Position numbers and translations under genes: made by a program. A stretch of 24,000 bases of DNA from Pseudomonadota bacterium. Lineage in GTDB: Bacteria > Pseudomonadota > Gammaproteobacteria > Diplorickettsiales > Diplorickettsiaceae. Under the pieces are notes generated by a model, which saw nothing but the letters and a program-made list of their open reading frames with translations, searched no databases and was not told the origin of the DNA. Shown here one piece after another: positions 1 through 10,058 of the stretch. The stretch covers positions 47,608 through 71,607 of the forward strand of contig JAZKJD010000008.1 of the NCBI GenBank assembly GCA_040384585.1. The letters are read 5' to 3'. Position 1 is the first letter of the stretch, and every line of letters begins with the position of its first letter.

Positions 1-207
1 GAATATTTAGAGCAGGTTCGGCAATTGCGTCAAAAAAACTTACCTAGTCTTCCTGCTGTACTTGCTAGTGAGCGTCTTATCAATCCCTTTTTACGTTGTG
101 ATAATCCAGAGGTTGTATCTAGAGTAGAAAAACACAGAGGGCGAAAGTTTGGTTCACCTGTTGAAATATTTGCTTATCTCCGACAGTGGAAAAATAATTA
201 CAAATAG
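1..207 (+). CDS. gloB: hydroxyacylglutathione hydrolase (glyoxalase II), C-terminal fragment; 5' end outside window
   Basis: Frame 1 is open from base 1 (EYLEQVRQLRQKNLPSLP...). The tail ...ERLINPFLRCDNPEV...FAYLRQWKNNYK looks like the conserved GloB C-terminal domain (NPFLR, R-x-W-K-N end). Confidence 0.8.
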   Translation, partial: EYLEQVRQLRQKNLPSLPAVLASERLINPFLRCDNPEVVSRVEKHRGRKFGSPVEIFAYLRQWKNNYK

Positions 208-249
208 TGCTATTGCCCATAAGTGTGAGATATGTTTTTTTAGAAAATC

Positions 250-741
250 TTAGGTTCTGTTCCTAAGGTGATGATTGTTTAACTGTTCTTGAACTTTGAG
301 GCGAAACAACAATGGATCAGGAACTCCTGGAAATAACTCGCTTGAGCCGCCGACTCCTCGAATCCGAATGGAGCCATAATTCAAAAAACGACCTAATATA
401 CTTTGATCGACTTCTGTGCCTTCTATTCGCGTTAATAAATTTTCAAATGAATGCCGACAAATAAATCCGATCTTAATAATGACTCGCTGATTAGTAATGC
501 CAAATTCTGAGGTCAAATAGACCACCAAAGCAGAAAGCCCGCTGAGTAGTGCTATGAGTAAAAGAACAGCAGCGATTAAATAAAGATTCCAATGCAAGCT
601 TGTGCTAACTAACAAGCCGGCTATTCCAAGCAATAGAGCGGCTAATAAGCTGAGAAAAGGCTTAAAAAAAACGATCCAGTGGGGGCTGCAGCGATAAAAT
701 ACAAATTCATTTGCTAAAAGCGTTTGGTCAATATAACTCAT
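250..741 (-). CDS. PH-domain (bPH_2 / YdbS-YdbT-like) membrane protein
   Basis: 163 aa. Two N-terminal hydrophobic helices are followed by ...LTSEFGITNQRVIIKIGFICRHSFENLLTRIEGTEVDQSILGRFLNYGSIRI..., typical of bacterial PH (PF03703-like) domains. AAGAGG lies 6 nt upstream of the ATG. Confidence 0.65.
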   Translation of the reverse strand: MSYIDQTLLANEFVFYRCSPHWIVFFKPFLSLLAALLLGIAGLLVSTSLHWNLYLIAAVLLLIALLSGLSALVVYLTSEFGITNQRVIIKIGFICRHSFENLLTRIEGTEVDQSILGRFLNYGSIRIRGVGGSSELFPGVPDPLLFRLKVQEQLNNHHLRNRT

Positions 742-906
742 ACTAACCTCTTATTTTTAATGGGCATAGTATGGCATAAAAAGCTTTCGTCAGATAGATG
801 ACTAGTGCAGTGCCGTGTAGAGGCAGCGATAAATTTAATCTGAAATGATTTTTATTTATCATTATTAAAATGTAGCTAAGTGCAAGCTGTGTTATGCTTT
901 GCAAAT

Positions 907-1275
907 ATGTATTTCCAATTAGTATTAAAAGATATTGGTTTAGATGTTAAATTAGGTCATCCAGAAGAAGAGCGTTCTTTGCCACAGCGGGTTTTTCTGC
1001 AAGTAAAATTACAATTTGTAGACCTTCCTTTAGCGTGTACTACAGATAATCTACAAGATACGATCTGTTATGCGTCTCTTTCTTGCGATTTGCAAAAATT
1101 TTGTGATTGCCGTTCTTTTAAGCTGATCGAATCGTTTGCTTATCAACTTTACCAATTTCTCAAAAAAAAAATAGCAGAAATGACCTCTGAAAAAATTAAT
1201 GTCTTTTTATGTATTACTAAAAATCCACCATTGGCTACACTTAGTCAATGTTGTTTTATCATTAGTGATTATTAG
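907..1275 (+). CDS. folB: dihydroneopterin aldolase (FolB/FolX fold)
   Basis: Pattern GHPEEERSLPQRVFLQVKL...TTDNLQDTICYASL...FKLIESFAYQL...ITKNPP parallels E. coli FolB (G.y.wE....q.l..d.....D...d.l.Y......f.L.E..a...KP). I prefer ATG 907 (MYFQLVL...) over the GTG at 880 used by the ORF track. Confidence 0.7.
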   Translation: MYFQLVLKDIGLDVKLGHPEEERSLPQRVFLQVKLQFVDLPLACTTDNLQDTICYASLSCDLQKFCDCRSFKLIESFAYQLYQFLKKKIAEMTSEKINVFLCITKNPPLATLSQCCFIISDY

Positions 1276-1342
1276 GTTCTGGTTCTGTTCTCTAAAGTAC
1301 CTTTGTTGCCTACTGCGTTAAAAACAACTCAAAAATACTCAT

Positions 1343-1487
1343 TAGACCTCTTTCAAAACCCAGTTATGGGCTTGAGTTCGAGGAAAACGATTTGGGAGGA
1401 CCGGAGTTTACTAAAGTCAATGAGGACCGCAGCAAATCGTTTAACAATGAAATCAAGTCTATAACGCAGGTTTTGAAAGAGGTTATA
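1343..1487 (+). mobile_element. MITE-like palindromic repeat, family 1, full copy A (145 bp)
   Basis: Terminal inverted repeats are tagacctctttcaaaacc (left) and ggttttgaaagaggtta(ta) (right). The internal arms also pair (gggcttgagttcgaggaaaacgatttg / caaatcgtttaacaatgaaatcaagtct). A second full copy lies at 14377..14521 in inverse orientation. There is no coding capacity. Confidence 0.85.
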
Positions 1488-1572
1488 GTCCTCCCCAATA
1501 GCAAGACCGTTTTTACTGTGTACAGGTGTAATGGGTATAATTAATTTTTCGGATTGGGTACACTCCTAGACT

Positions 1573-4161
1573 ATGAAAAATACGGATTTCTCTCAACATA
1601 CGCCTATGATACGTCAGTATCTAGGCATAAAAGAAAAATATGCAGATAAATTATTATTCTATCGGATGGGAGATTTTTATGAATTATTTTATGACGATGC
1701 TATTAAAGCAGCCAAATTATTAAATATTACCTTAACCAAGCGTGGACAATCGAATGGCCAAAATATCCCTATGGCCGGCGTGCCTTTTCATAGTGTTGAA
1801 AGTTATTTAGCGAAGCTGGTTAAGCAAGGTGAATCAGTAGCAATTTGCGAGCAGATTTCTGATCCTGCTTCCGGAAAAGGCCCTATGGAAAGGTGCGTGA
1901 CCCGTATTATTACTCCCGGAACACTCAGTGATGACGCATTATTAGAAGCGCAGCAAACTAATCTTTTGCTGGCGCTTACGCATAAGGATGCTCAATTTGG
2001 CTTAGCTTATTTAGAGATGGGAAGTGGTCAGTTGCATATCTTGCAAGTTAAGGGAGAAGAAGCGGTAGCCAGTGAGTTGGCACGCCTAAATCCTATTGAA
2101 TTGTTAATTGATGAAACGTTTCGATTCGATCATTTATTAACGAGTTATAGAAATATACGTCGTAGACCCAGTTGGGAATTTGATTTAACATCGGCAACAC
2201 ATACTCTTACCCAGCAATTTCAAACACGAGACTTGAGTGGATTTGGTTGTCACGATTTGCCGCTGGCCATACAAGCTGTGGGTTGTTTACTCAATTATGC
2301 CAAAGATACCCAGCAAATGAGTTTGCCACATATTCAACCGTTGTGCGTGGAGCGGCGCGAAGAAAGTATCATTCTAGATGCAACAACACGGCGTAATTTA
2401 GAATTATCAAGCAATTTACAAGGTGGAAAAAATAATACACTGCTGTCGGTTATTGATAAAACCGCCACGCCAATGGGTAGCCGTTTATTATATCGCTGGA
2501 TACATCGGCCTTTACGCGATATCTCATTGATTCAAGAGCGTCAAACTGCCATTCAACATTTAGTCAATGCGCAGGCTTATTCCAGCTTACATACTGTTTT
2601 ACAGGCGATAGGAGATATTGAGCGTATTGTTACGCGTATTGGTTTAAAATCAGCAAGGCCCCGAGACTTAGTGCAATTACGTTCCGCTGTAGCAAGTTTA
2701 CCGGATGTCCACAATAAATTGGCTTGTCTCTATTCTGTTAGCGATGAAAATAAGTCGGATTTACTTGCGTGCTTAGGTCAGCATATTAAAACTTTCCCTG
2801 CATTATTTTCTTTATTGCAGCGAGCCATTGTTGAAAATCCCCCCGTCGTTATTCGTGAAGGCGGTGTAATAGCAAAAGGCTACCAACCTGAATTGGACGA
2901 ACTACAAGCACTGAGTGAGAATGCTGGGCAATATCTTATCGATCTGGAAAAGCGTGAGCGAGAAAAATCCGGCATTAGCACACTCAAAGTCGGTTTTAAT
3001 CGAGTTCATGGCTATCATATTGAGATAAGTCGTGGGCAGGCAAAACAGGCGCCTAGTCACTATATTCGGCGACAAACCTTAACCAATGCCGAACGATTCA
3101 TTACACCTGAATTAAAGGAATTTGAAGATAAAGCACTTAGCGCACGTTCTAGAGCGTTACGTTTAGAAAAAAAATTATATGATGAATTACTAGTTAAATT
3201 ACTGGTTCATCTTAATGATTTACAAAAGACCACGAATGCCTTGGCGCAACTCGATGTTCTGGTGTGTTTCGCTGAACGTGCGGTAACGCTAAATTTGGTA
3301 TGTCCGCAATTAACCAAGGATCCCGGCATTCACATTGAAGGTGGACGTCACCTCGTCATTGAACAGGCAATTGATGTGCCGTTCGTGGCGAATGACTGTA
3401 GACTAATGCCAGAACAACGCTTATTAATTATCACGGGCCCTAATATGGGTGGTAAATCGACTTACATGCGCCAAACAGCCTTAATTTGTTTACTCGCTAT
3501 GATAGGATGTTTTGTTCCTGCCAAAAGTGCCTCAATAGGTCCCATTGATCGACTTTTTACTCGAATCGGTGCTGCTGACGATCTGGCGGGTGGTCGTTCA
3601 ACCTTTATGGTAGAAATGGCCGAAACCGCTTCGATTTTACATAATGCCACTGAACAAAGCGTAGTTATTATGGATGAAATTGGCCGTGGTACCAGCACCT
3701 TCGATGGCTTGGCGCTTGCTTTTTCTTGTGCTGAATATTTAGCAAATAAAATTCGATCTTATACGTTATTTGCGACTCATTATTTTGAACTTACGGAGCT
3801 TGCTGAAACAATAGCGGGAATCGCTAACTATCATTTAAAGGCCATGGAGCATAACGATAAAATAGTATTTTTATATACGGTTAATGAAGGTCCCGCCAAT
3901 CAAAGTTATGGATTACAGGTAGCGCAACTCGCAGGTGTTCCTAAACCTGTTATCGAACGCGCTAAAGAGAAACTGGCAGTATTGGAGCAGAATGCGTATT
4001 TATCCCAAAAAACATCGCTAATGCTTCCCGTATCGGTAAAAAAATCAATTTCTGATCCTATTACGGAGTTACTGGAACATACCGAACCTGATCATTTAGC
4101 ACCCAAAGAAGCACTTGAAATACTTTATCGCTTAAAATCCTTGCAAGGAATTGATGTATGA
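1573..4161 (+). CDS. mutS: DNA mismatch repair protein MutS
   Basis: 862 aa. N-terminal [31 protein letters not shown] mismatch-binding motif, Walker [21 protein letters not shown], and Walker [14 protein letters not shown]. Confidence 0.98.
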   Translation: MKNTDFSQHTPMIRQYLGIKEKYADKLLFYRMGDFYELFYDDAIKAAKLLNITLTKRGQSNGQNIPMAGVPFHSVESYLAKLVKQGESVAICEQISDPASGKGPMERCVTRIITPGTLSDDALLEAQQTNLLLALTHKDAQFGLAYLEMGSGQLHILQVKGEEAVASELARLNPIELLIDETFRFDHLLTSYRNIRRRPSWEFDLTSATHTLTQQFQTRDLSGFGCHDLPLAIQAVGCLLNYAKDTQQMSLPHIQPLCVERREESIILDATTRRNLELSSNLQGGKNNTLLSVIDKTATPMGSRLLYRWIHRPLRDISLIQERQTAIQHLVNAQAYSSLHTVLQAIGDIERIVTRIGLKSARPRDLVQLRSAVASLPDVHNKLACLYSVSDENKSDLLACLGQHIKTFPALFSLLQRAIVENPPVVIREGGVIAKGYQPELDELQALSENAGQYLIDLEKREREKSGISTLKVGFNRVHGYHIEISRGQAKQAPSHYIRRQTLTNAERFITPELKEFEDKALSARSRALRLEKKLYDELLVKLLVHLNDLQKTTNALAQLDVLVCFAERAVTLNLVCPQLTKDPGIHIEGGRHLVIEQAIDVPFVANDCRLMPEQRLLIITGPNMGGKSTYMRQTALICLLAMIGCFVPAKSASIGPIDRLFTRIGAADDLAGGRSTFMVEMAETASILHNATEQSVVIMDEIGRGTSTFDGLALAFSCAEYLANKIRSYTLFATHYFELTELAETIAGIANYHLKAMEHNDKIVFLYTVNEGPANQSYGLQVAQLAGVPKPVIERAKEKLAVLEQNAYLSQKTSLMLPVSVKKSISDPITELLEHTEPDHLAPKEALEILYRLKSLQGIDV

Positions 4162-5021
4162 ATAAACTAGCCTTTGATCCTGGCAACGAAATATTTGAGT
4201 CTAATCGCAATGAGCTGCCGCCAACACAATCAGTACAAGCGGATAAGACAAACCGTATTGAATCAGAAGAGGGTGATAGACAAGCTGTTTATCGTCGTCG
4301 AGGTATTTATTTACTCCCCAATTTATTCACTATTGCTGGATTGTTTGCTGGTTTTTACGCGATTGTAACGGCGATGGAAGGTTATTTTAGTAATGCAGCC
4401 ATTGCGATTTTCGTTGCGATGATTATGGATTTTTTTGATGGTCGTGTTGCTCGTTTAACGAATACACAAAGTGCTTTTGGTGCAGAATTAGATAGTTTAT
4501 CCGATATGGTTTCTTTTGGTGTTGCCCCCGCATTGGTTGTATACAGTTGGTCTTTAGAAAGTTTAGGGAAATTGGGTTGGTTGGCGGCCTTCATATTTGC
4601 TGCCGCGGGCGCATTGCGTTTGGCACGTTTCAACACACAAGCGCAGATAAGTGATAAGCGTTACTTTCAGGGCCTCCCTATTCCAGCAGCAGCCGGTATC
4701 TTAGCTAGCATGGTTTGGCTAAGTGTTGATTCTGAAATTCCAGGACAAATAGTAGATAGGGTCGCTGCTGTATTAGCAGTGCTAACGGCGATTTTGATGG
4801 TGAGTAATATTCGTTATTATTCTTTTAAAGAAATCGACTTGAAGGGTCGCGTTCCTTTTGTGGCTATCTTGTTAGTAGTACTTGCTTTTGTCGGTATTTC
4901 GCTGGATCCTCCAAAAATACTTTTTTTGCTATTTTTTTGCTATGGCATTTCTGGCCCCGTGCTGACACTTCTTGCATTACATAGAAAGCGTGCACTACGT
5001 AAAAAACATAGTGGCAAGTAA
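4158..5021 (+). CDS. pssA: CDP-diacylglycerol--serine O-phosphatidyltransferase (CDP-alcohol phosphatidyltransferase family)
   Basis: Signature D-G-x2-A-R-x8-G-x3-D-x3-D is present ([26 protein letters not shown]). The protein is multi-TM. The start overlaps the mutS stop (ATGA). Confidence 0.85.
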   Translation: MNKLAFDPGNEIFESNRNELPPTQSVQADKTNRIESEEGDRQAVYRRRGIYLLPNLFTIAGLFAGFYAIVTAMEGYFSNAAIAIFVAMIMDFFDGRVARLTNTQSAFGAELDSLSDMVSFGVAPALVVYSWSLESLGKLGWLAAFIFAAAGALRLARFNTQAQISDKRYFQGLPIPAAAGILASMVWLSVDSEIPGQIVDRVAAVLAVLTAILMVSNIRYYSFKEIDLKGRVPFVAILLVVLAFVGISLDPPKILFLLFFCYGISGPVLTLLALHRKRALRKKHSGK

Positions 5022-5061
5022 ATGACGCATTTTATGTATTAAATAGTCCAATTCGTGGACC

Positions 5062-5208
5062 TGTCAATTTTGGCACAGGACAAAAAAATTCTTGGCACGG
5101 GTCCTGCCAGCGAATGCACTTTTTTTGCTGGCTTGCGCCAAAAAAAGAAGTTGCATTCACTGGCACCCGTGCTGCTTTTTAATTTTTGTACTGTGCTGAA
5201 CTTGTCAA
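5062..5208. repeat. Large imperfect palindrome, repeat family 3 (two inverted arms of about 58 nt)
   Basis: The left arm tgtcaattttggcacaggacaaaaaaattcttggcacgggtcctgccagcgaatgca pairs with the right arm tgcattcactggcacccgtgctgctttttaatttttgtactgtgctgaacttgtcaa. Single-arm copies lie at 6367..6400 and 21548..21604. It fills the spacer between convergent pssA and trpS. Confidence 0.75.
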
Positions 5209-5233
5209 TGGTACGCTTACCTTTTAATGATTT

Positions 5234-6322
5234 CTAGGTTAATTCAAGTTCACGTGTAAAATAATCCTGCCGCATCGCTTTTTTGGCCTTCATTAAGGTA
5301 TCCTCAGCCAGTTCATTGGCGCGCTCTGTACCCTGCTTTAAAATGTTTATTACTGCCACAGGATCTTTTTCATAGAGTTTTCGCCGTTCACGCATAGGTT
5401 GTGTTAACGCTACTAGGATTTCGATCAGTCTATGTTTACAATCAACATCTTTGATTTGGCCTTGGCGATATTTTTCTTCTGCTTCCTTGACCCAAGCTTT
5501 ATCCGGGTTGAAGACTTCGTGAAAAATCCATAAAGGGTTATTTTCCGTGGAGCCGGGATCTGATGCGCGTAATCGTTTTGGATCGGTATACATCCCCATG
5601 ACTTTTTTAGATATCGTATCCGCATCATCGCTAAGATAAATAGCATTGTGTAGTGATTTACTCATCTTTGGCAGTACACCCTCCTTGTTGGGTCCGCCCG
5701 TACCGACTAAACGTTTTATAGGGCTTAGTTTCGCTTGGATAATGGGAAATAATCCCCCTTTTGTAAGATAATCTTCATCTTTAGTTTGTGGGTCAACACC
5801 GCAATACAGTTGGTTAAATCGACGAGCACACTCGCGTGCCATTTCCAGATGGGCGACTTGATCTTCACCAACAGGAACGAGTTTTGGACGGAAGGCGAGG
5901 ATATCGGCTATTTGACCCACAGGGTATAACAAAAAGCCAAAAGGATAATTATCGCCTAGGTTTTTATTACGTATTTCATCTTTTACTGTCGGATTTCTCA
6001 TGACACGAGGAAATGAAAGTAACATGCTGAAAAACCAGCTGAGTTCTGCAATAGCGGGGACTTCAGATTGTATAAAAATAATACTTTGTTTTGGATCAAT
6101 ACCAACAGAGAGATAATCTAGGGCGATGTCTAAAGTGTTCTGGCGAATTTCCATAGGAAATTCAGCCCGTGTTGTAAAGGCATGAACATTAGCGATGATA
6201 AAATAACATTCATAGTCTTTCTGCAAGGCCAGACGTGTTTCCAAGCAACCTACCCAATGACCTAGGTGGAGTTTCCCGGTGGGGGTGTCACCAGAAAGTA
6301 AACGGGGTTTATAGGATTTCAT
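5234..6322 (-). CDS. trpS: tryptophan--tRNA ligase
   Basis: 362 aa. Class I motifs GDTPTGKLHLGHWVG (HIGH) and KMSKS are present, and the overall pattern is that of the TrpRS family. Confidence 0.93.
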   Translation of the reverse strand: MKSYKPRLLSGDTPTGKLHLGHWVGCLETRLALQKDYECYFIIANVHAFTTRAEFPMEIRQNTLDIALDYLSVGIDPKQSIIFIQSEVPAIAELSWFFSMLLSFPRVMRNPTVKDEIRNKNLGDNYPFGFLLYPVGQIADILAFRPKLVPVGEDQVAHLEMARECARRFNQLYCGVDPQTKDEDYLTKGGLFPIIQAKLSPIKRLVGTGGPNKEGVLPKMSKSLHNAIYLSDDADTISKKVMGMYTDPKRLRASDPGSTENNPLWIFHEVFNPDKAWVKEAEEKYRQGQIKDVDCKHRLIEILVALTQPMRERRKLYEKDPVAVINILKQGTERANELAEDTLMKAKKAMRQDYFTRELELT

Positions 6323-6366
6323 CGAGATTATTATATACTACTTGCGATTGAAATCGCGAGTTACCT

Positions 6367-6400
6367 ACCGTGCCACTTTTTATTTTTTGTAGCGTGCAAA
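6367..6400 (+). repeat. Repeat family 3, single-arm fragment
   Basis: accgtgccactttttattttttgtagcgtgcaaa aligns with 5166..5199 (cccgtgctgctttttaatttttgtactgtgctga) and 21567..21600. Confidence 0.6.
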
Positions 6401-6498
6401 GGTTTCTTTTCCTATAAAATAATTCGTTAAGAAATTGATAATAAATGTGTGATAAGCTTCAGGAATAATATTTCTGATTGTAGATCGGTGGGTGTTTC

Positions 6499-7413
6499 AT
6501 GAGCAAACAAAGCGAACAATTTAAACCAATAGATTATCTACATCAAGCTTATGACTTTTTATCAAAAGATTTAGAAAAATATAAAGATGGCAAACAATTT
6601 AATATAGATTTATCACGAGGTGACGTTTCTCTTGTCGTTGATGGGATAGCTACGTTTTCTAGTCGTAGTGAGAAACTAAATACTAAAGATGCTGGCATGG
6701 AAAGAAAGTTTATGAGCCTTATAGAGGACGTGAATCCTGCGTTAGAGATTGCAATGAAAACAATGCTACACCAGGCGGGGCCTCTTTTTTCTGCTAGTTG
6801 TGTAATCAATAATTTGCTTTTCCCTAAAACAGGTATGGTTTATCAAGTAGGAAATAATTATAAACGTAGTCACATTATCCATGTGGAGAATGGCGAAGTT
6901 TTTGTAACGGAAATAGTTGCATACAAAGCCTTAAATATATTGCCTGTTGAAAATGCAAGCAATATTGATTTATCCACACCAGTGGGTAAATGCAATGAGC
7001 TTCTTACACAAAGACAAAAAGAAGTATTAGAAATGCGCAGAACTTTTGTTTTAAAAATGTTCTTTATAGATGAAACAGCTAGTTTTAATCAAACTTTCTA
7101 TACCTTAGATCTAAAAGATCCATTTTTTATTTCAGTTAAATATAAACTTAGCTATTGTCCTGAACAGAAAAATTATGAATTGGTTAAACCTTCTGAAAAT
7201 GATGTTATCGTCGGTACCCCAGATAAATGCATTGAAGATTTACTTTTTAAAAATTTTAGTGAACCCGATGGGATGATTGCTAGATTTGCACAGCTCATAA
7301 AGGACATCATTGCAATACTAGATAAATTCTTCAATGTGACAGAGTTCAGCGGAAACACACCCCCTAGTGCAAGCGTAACACGGCAGCCGCTGTGTCCGAG
7401 AGCGAGAATGTAG
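6499..7413 (+). CDS. hypothetical protein (orphan, AT-rich; no domain recognised)
   Basis: A 304-aa uninterrupted ORF in a 915-nt stretch that is otherwise free of competing long ORFs. GGTGGGTG lies upstream of the ATG. I can assign no conserved motif. Confidence 0.6.
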   Translation: MSKQSEQFKPIDYLHQAYDFLSKDLEKYKDGKQFNIDLSRGDVSLVVDGIATFSSRSEKLNTKDAGMERKFMSLIEDVNPALEIAMKTMLHQAGPLFSASCVINNLLFPKTGMVYQVGNNYKRSHIIHVENGEVFVTEIVAYKALNILPVENASNIDLSTPVGKCNELLTQRQKEVLEMRRTFVLKMFFIDETASFNQTFYTLDLKDPFFISVKYKLSYCPEQKNYELVKPSENDVIVGTPDKCIEDLLFKNFSEPDGMIARFAQLIKDIIAILDKFFNVTEFSGNTPPSASVTRQPLCPRARM

Positions 7414-7536
7414 AGTTTTTCAGGAAGGTGCCGAAATTCAGGTTTGCGACTCAAATGCGATCCATGTTGCCTCCGTATTTTATCTATTATCTATGCTAAT
7501 ATATCGGCTTCTTGTTTAGCCAAGGGGTGTGGTTTT

Positions 7537-9108
7537 ATGTCATCCATCCAGAGTTCAACGCTTTCATCGTCTAAAAATTTCATTGATCTTTCTACGAATG
7601 AGCTCATTAAGTTTGCTGTCGGACGTAAAGAAGGTGTGATTGCTGCTAATGGCGCTTTATCTGTTACCACTGGAAAGAGAACGGGTCGCTCGCCTAAAGA
7701 TAAGTTTATCGTTAGGGAGCCGAATACCGAGAAAGATATTGATTGGGGCCCCATTAATCAAGCGCTTTCAGAAGAACGTTTTCATGCCTTGTGGCAACGA
7801 GCAGAATCATACACAAAAGAAATCGATTTATTTATTTCTAATCTGCAAGTCGGTGCTGATTCCAATAGCTACTTACCAGTAAAAGTTATCACGGAATATG
7901 CTTGGCATAATTTGTTTGCTAGACAGTTATTTATTCGTCCGGAAAATTTTCACGGAAAAGGCGATAAACCGGAATGGACGATTTTAAGTCTACCCGGTCT
8001 TAAAACGGATCCCCAGCGTGAGGGTGTCAATAGTGATGCGACTTTAGTTATCCATCTCACCGAACGTAAGGTTTTATTATGTGGGCATCGTTATGCGGGT
8101 GAAATCAAAAAGGCCATGTTCTCAGTGTTAAATTATTTATTGCCCGCGCAAGATGTGTTGCCTATGCATTGTTCTGCAAATGTTGGGAAGCAGGGCGACG
8201 TGGCTTTGTTTTTTGGTTTATCAGGAACAGGAAAAACAACGTTGTCTGCCGATCCGGAACGTTACTTAATCGGAGATGATGAACATGGATGGAGTGAGAA
8301 TAGCGTTTTTAATTTCGAAGGCGGTTGTTATGCTAAATGTATTGATCTCTCGAAAGAGCGCGAGCCAGTGATTTGGAATGCTATTCGTCATGGGGCGGTG
8401 ATGGAAAATGTTGTGTTAGATCCTAAAACCTTAGAGCCTGATTATAAAGATGCTAGCTTAACTCAAAATACACGAGTTGCTTATCCATTAGATTTTATTG
8501 CGCTGCGCGCACCCGAAAATCGTGTGGATCGTTTGCCCAATGCGGTAATCTTTTTAAGTTGTGACTTATATGGTGTATTGCCACCCGTGGCGCGTTTGAA
8601 CCACGAACAAGCCGCCTATTATTTTTTAAGTGGATATACTGCGCTGGTAGGTAGTACAGAAGTCGGACAGACTGATCCCATTAAAACGACATTTAGTACG
8701 TGTTTCGGCGCTCCTTTTTTTCCGCGACCCGCTAAGGTCTATGCGGAATTACTGATAAAACGCTTGAAAACTAGTCATGCAAATGTTTATCTCGTGAATA
8801 CAGGATGGACAGGAGGCCCTTATGGTCAAGGGCAGCGTTTTCCTATTCCCGACACGCGTGCCGTCATTCATGCTATTTTAAATGGCGAATTAGTCTCAGC
8901 GGAATATAGTATTTTGCCAGGTTTTAATGTTGCCATTCCTAAACAGCTGAAAGGTGTTGACTCTTGCTTATTAAATCCAAAACAAGCCTGGGATGACCCC
9001 GCCGAGTATGATATACAAGCCAAGGAATTAATTGATAAATTTATCGACAACTTTAAGAAATTTGAAGTTAGTAAAGAAATTCGCGAAGCAGGGCCTACTC
9101 TCAATTAA
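7537..9108 (+). CDS. pckA: phosphoenolpyruvate carboxykinase (ATP)
   Basis: [13 protein letters not shown], kinase-1a [19 protein letters not shown] and NTGWTGG motifs. ATG 7537 (MSSIQS...) is preferred over the TTG at 7444, because the 31 extra Cys-rich residues have no PEPCK counterpart. Confidence 0.95.
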   Translation: MSSIQSSTLSSSKNFIDLSTNELIKFAVGRKEGVIAANGALSVTTGKRTGRSPKDKFIVREPNTEKDIDWGPINQALSEERFHALWQRAESYTKEIDLFISNLQVGADSNSYLPVKVITEYAWHNLFARQLFIRPENFHGKGDKPEWTILSLPGLKTDPQREGVNSDATLVIHLTERKVLLCGHRYAGEIKKAMFSVLNYLLPAQDVLPMHCSANVGKQGDVALFFGLSGTGKTTLSADPERYLIGDDEHGWSENSVFNFEGGCYAKCIDLSKEREPVIWNAIRHGAVMENVVLDPKTLEPDYKDASLTQNTRVAYPLDFIALRAPENRVDRLPNAVIFLSCDLYGVLPPVARLNHEQAAYYFLSGYTALVGSTEVGQTDPIKTTFSTCFGAPFFPRPAKVYAELLIKRLKTSHANVYLVNTGWTGGPYGQGQRFPIPDTRAVIHAILNGELVSAEYSILPGFNVAIPKQLKGVDSCLLNPKQAWDDPAEYDIQAKELIDKFIDNFKKFEVSKEIREAGPTLN

Positions 9109-10058
9109 GCTTCACGTTGAAACTGATCGGCCAAGTCTTCGGCACGTTGTTTGGCAGCTAACATTGCCTTTTTAATTAATTCAGAAAAATGACCTTGTTC
9201 AAAAACATTTAGGGCTGCTTGCGTTGTTCCGCCGGGGGAAGTGACGTTTTGTTTTAGCTCATCAATGGATTTTTTGCTTTCAATCGCCATACGAGTAGCG
9301 CCTAATGCAGTTTGTAGGCTTAATAATGTCGCAGTTTCTTTGGACAAGCCTAGTTCAAGTCCTGCTTTCTGTAAAGCGTCGATAAATAAAAAAAAGTAAG
9401 CAGGGCCGCTGCCTGATAATGCGGCGACACTATCTATTTCCTTTTCCGTTTTAAGCCATACGACGATTCCTACACTGCAGAATAGTGATTCAGCAGTATT
9501 TTTTTGTAGTGTAGAGCAATGAGGGTTTGCTAATAATCCTGTTGCGCCACAGCCTAGCAGCGCCGGTGTGTTCGGCATGCACCGCACGATTGGAATGGCA
9601 TTGTCTTGAAGATAAGCTTGCAGCGTTTTTAAGTTGATTGCTGCAGCAATAGAAATAACCAAAGGTTTTTTTTCTTGAATAAGATCAGCGATTCCAGCCG
9701 TTACCTGCTTTAAAACTTGAGGCTTTACCGCTAGTACGACGATATCAACTTGTTTAACAAGTAAGCGATTATCTGTGCTGGTATGAATATTTAAATTTTT
9801 TAGATTATCTAGTTGTTCTGAAGTCGTATTCGTGGCCCAAATATGATGTGCATCATAACCATCTGCTAATAAACCCAAGATTAGGCTGTTTGCCATGTTA
9901 CCTGCGCCAATGAAGCCGATAGTTATACTCTTCGCACTTGAATTTTCGGCTGCGTTCCCGCTCAGCTCGCAATCCTCATGGTTGTTATATACACTCCGGT
10001 TGCTCATTTTCGCGGCGCCTTGCCGAAAACTCGATTGCTTTGAGTATAAATTTTTCAT
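9105..10058 (-). CDS. proC: pyrroline-5-carboxylate reductase with a polar N-terminal extension
   Basis: Rossmann motif [10 protein letters not shown], then ...VLAVKPQ..., and C-terminal [10 protein letters not shown]. The start ATG overlaps the murU stop (ATGA). Confidence 0.9.
   Translation of the reverse strand: MKNLYSKQSSFRQGAAKMSNRSVYNNHEDCELSGNAAENSSAKSITIGFIGAGNMANSLILGLLADGYDAHHIWATNTTSEQLDNLKNLNIHTSTDNRLLVKQVDIVVLAVKPQVLKQVTAGIADLIQEKKPLVISIAAAINLKTLQAYLQDNAIPIVRCMPNTPALLGCGATGLLANPHCSTLQKNTAESLFCSVGIVVWLKTEKEIDSVAALSGSGPAYFFLFIDALQKAGLELGLSKETATLLSLQTALGATRMAIESKKSIDELKQNVTSPGGTTQAALNVFEQGHFSELIKKAMLAAKQRAEDLADQFQREA

Noticed and set aside
742-755. taacctctt next to the PH-domain gene start resembles the family-1 terminal repeat
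   Set aside because: Only 9 nt match, and they are simply the complement of an AAGAGGTTA Shine-Dalgarno region. No further element sequence follows.
3462-3698. Antisense or overlapping ORFs inside strong genes (3462..3698, 4174..4368, 4382..4636, 5425..5646, 6549..6809, 7173..7454, 7491..7754, 7640..7882, 8868..9104, 9895..10116, 10959..11147, 11581..11763, 12183..12494, 12305..12514, 14624..14890, 15604..15840, 15932..16165, 18124..18396, 18412..18693, 20280..20474, 20691..20879, 23062..23256)
   Set aside because: Each is fully embedded in, or opposite to, a well-supported conserved CDS. Their low-complexity, odd-composition translations are shadow ORFs.
5092-5176. Sigma-54-like promoter matches (TGGCACGggtcCTGC at about 5093 and TGGCACccgtgCTGC at about 5160) inside the family-3 palindrome
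   Set aside because: The GG-N10-GC spacing is correct, but the match arises from the internal palindrome GGCAC..GTGCC. It is not conserved in the other family-3 copies (6367.., 21548..), and no + strand gene lies downstream.
5055-5237. 60-aa ORF in the pssA-trpS spacer
   Set aside because: It lies entirely within the family-3 palindrome, has a non-ATG start with no RBS, and its sequence is dictated by the repeat. Most likely spurious.
6427-6441. PmrA-type box (TTAA-N7-TTAA) upstream of the orphan gene 6499..7413
   Set aside because: Only TTAA-N7-ATAA is present. In such AT-rich DNA a half-match is expected by chance, and I found no well-placed -10 element.
7444-7536. N-terminal extensions of tracked ORFs (pckA from TTG 7444; likewise def from 18320 and folB from 880)
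   Set aside because: The extra residues are not part of the conserved families. Canonical family N-termini begin at internal ATGs (7537, 18437, 907).
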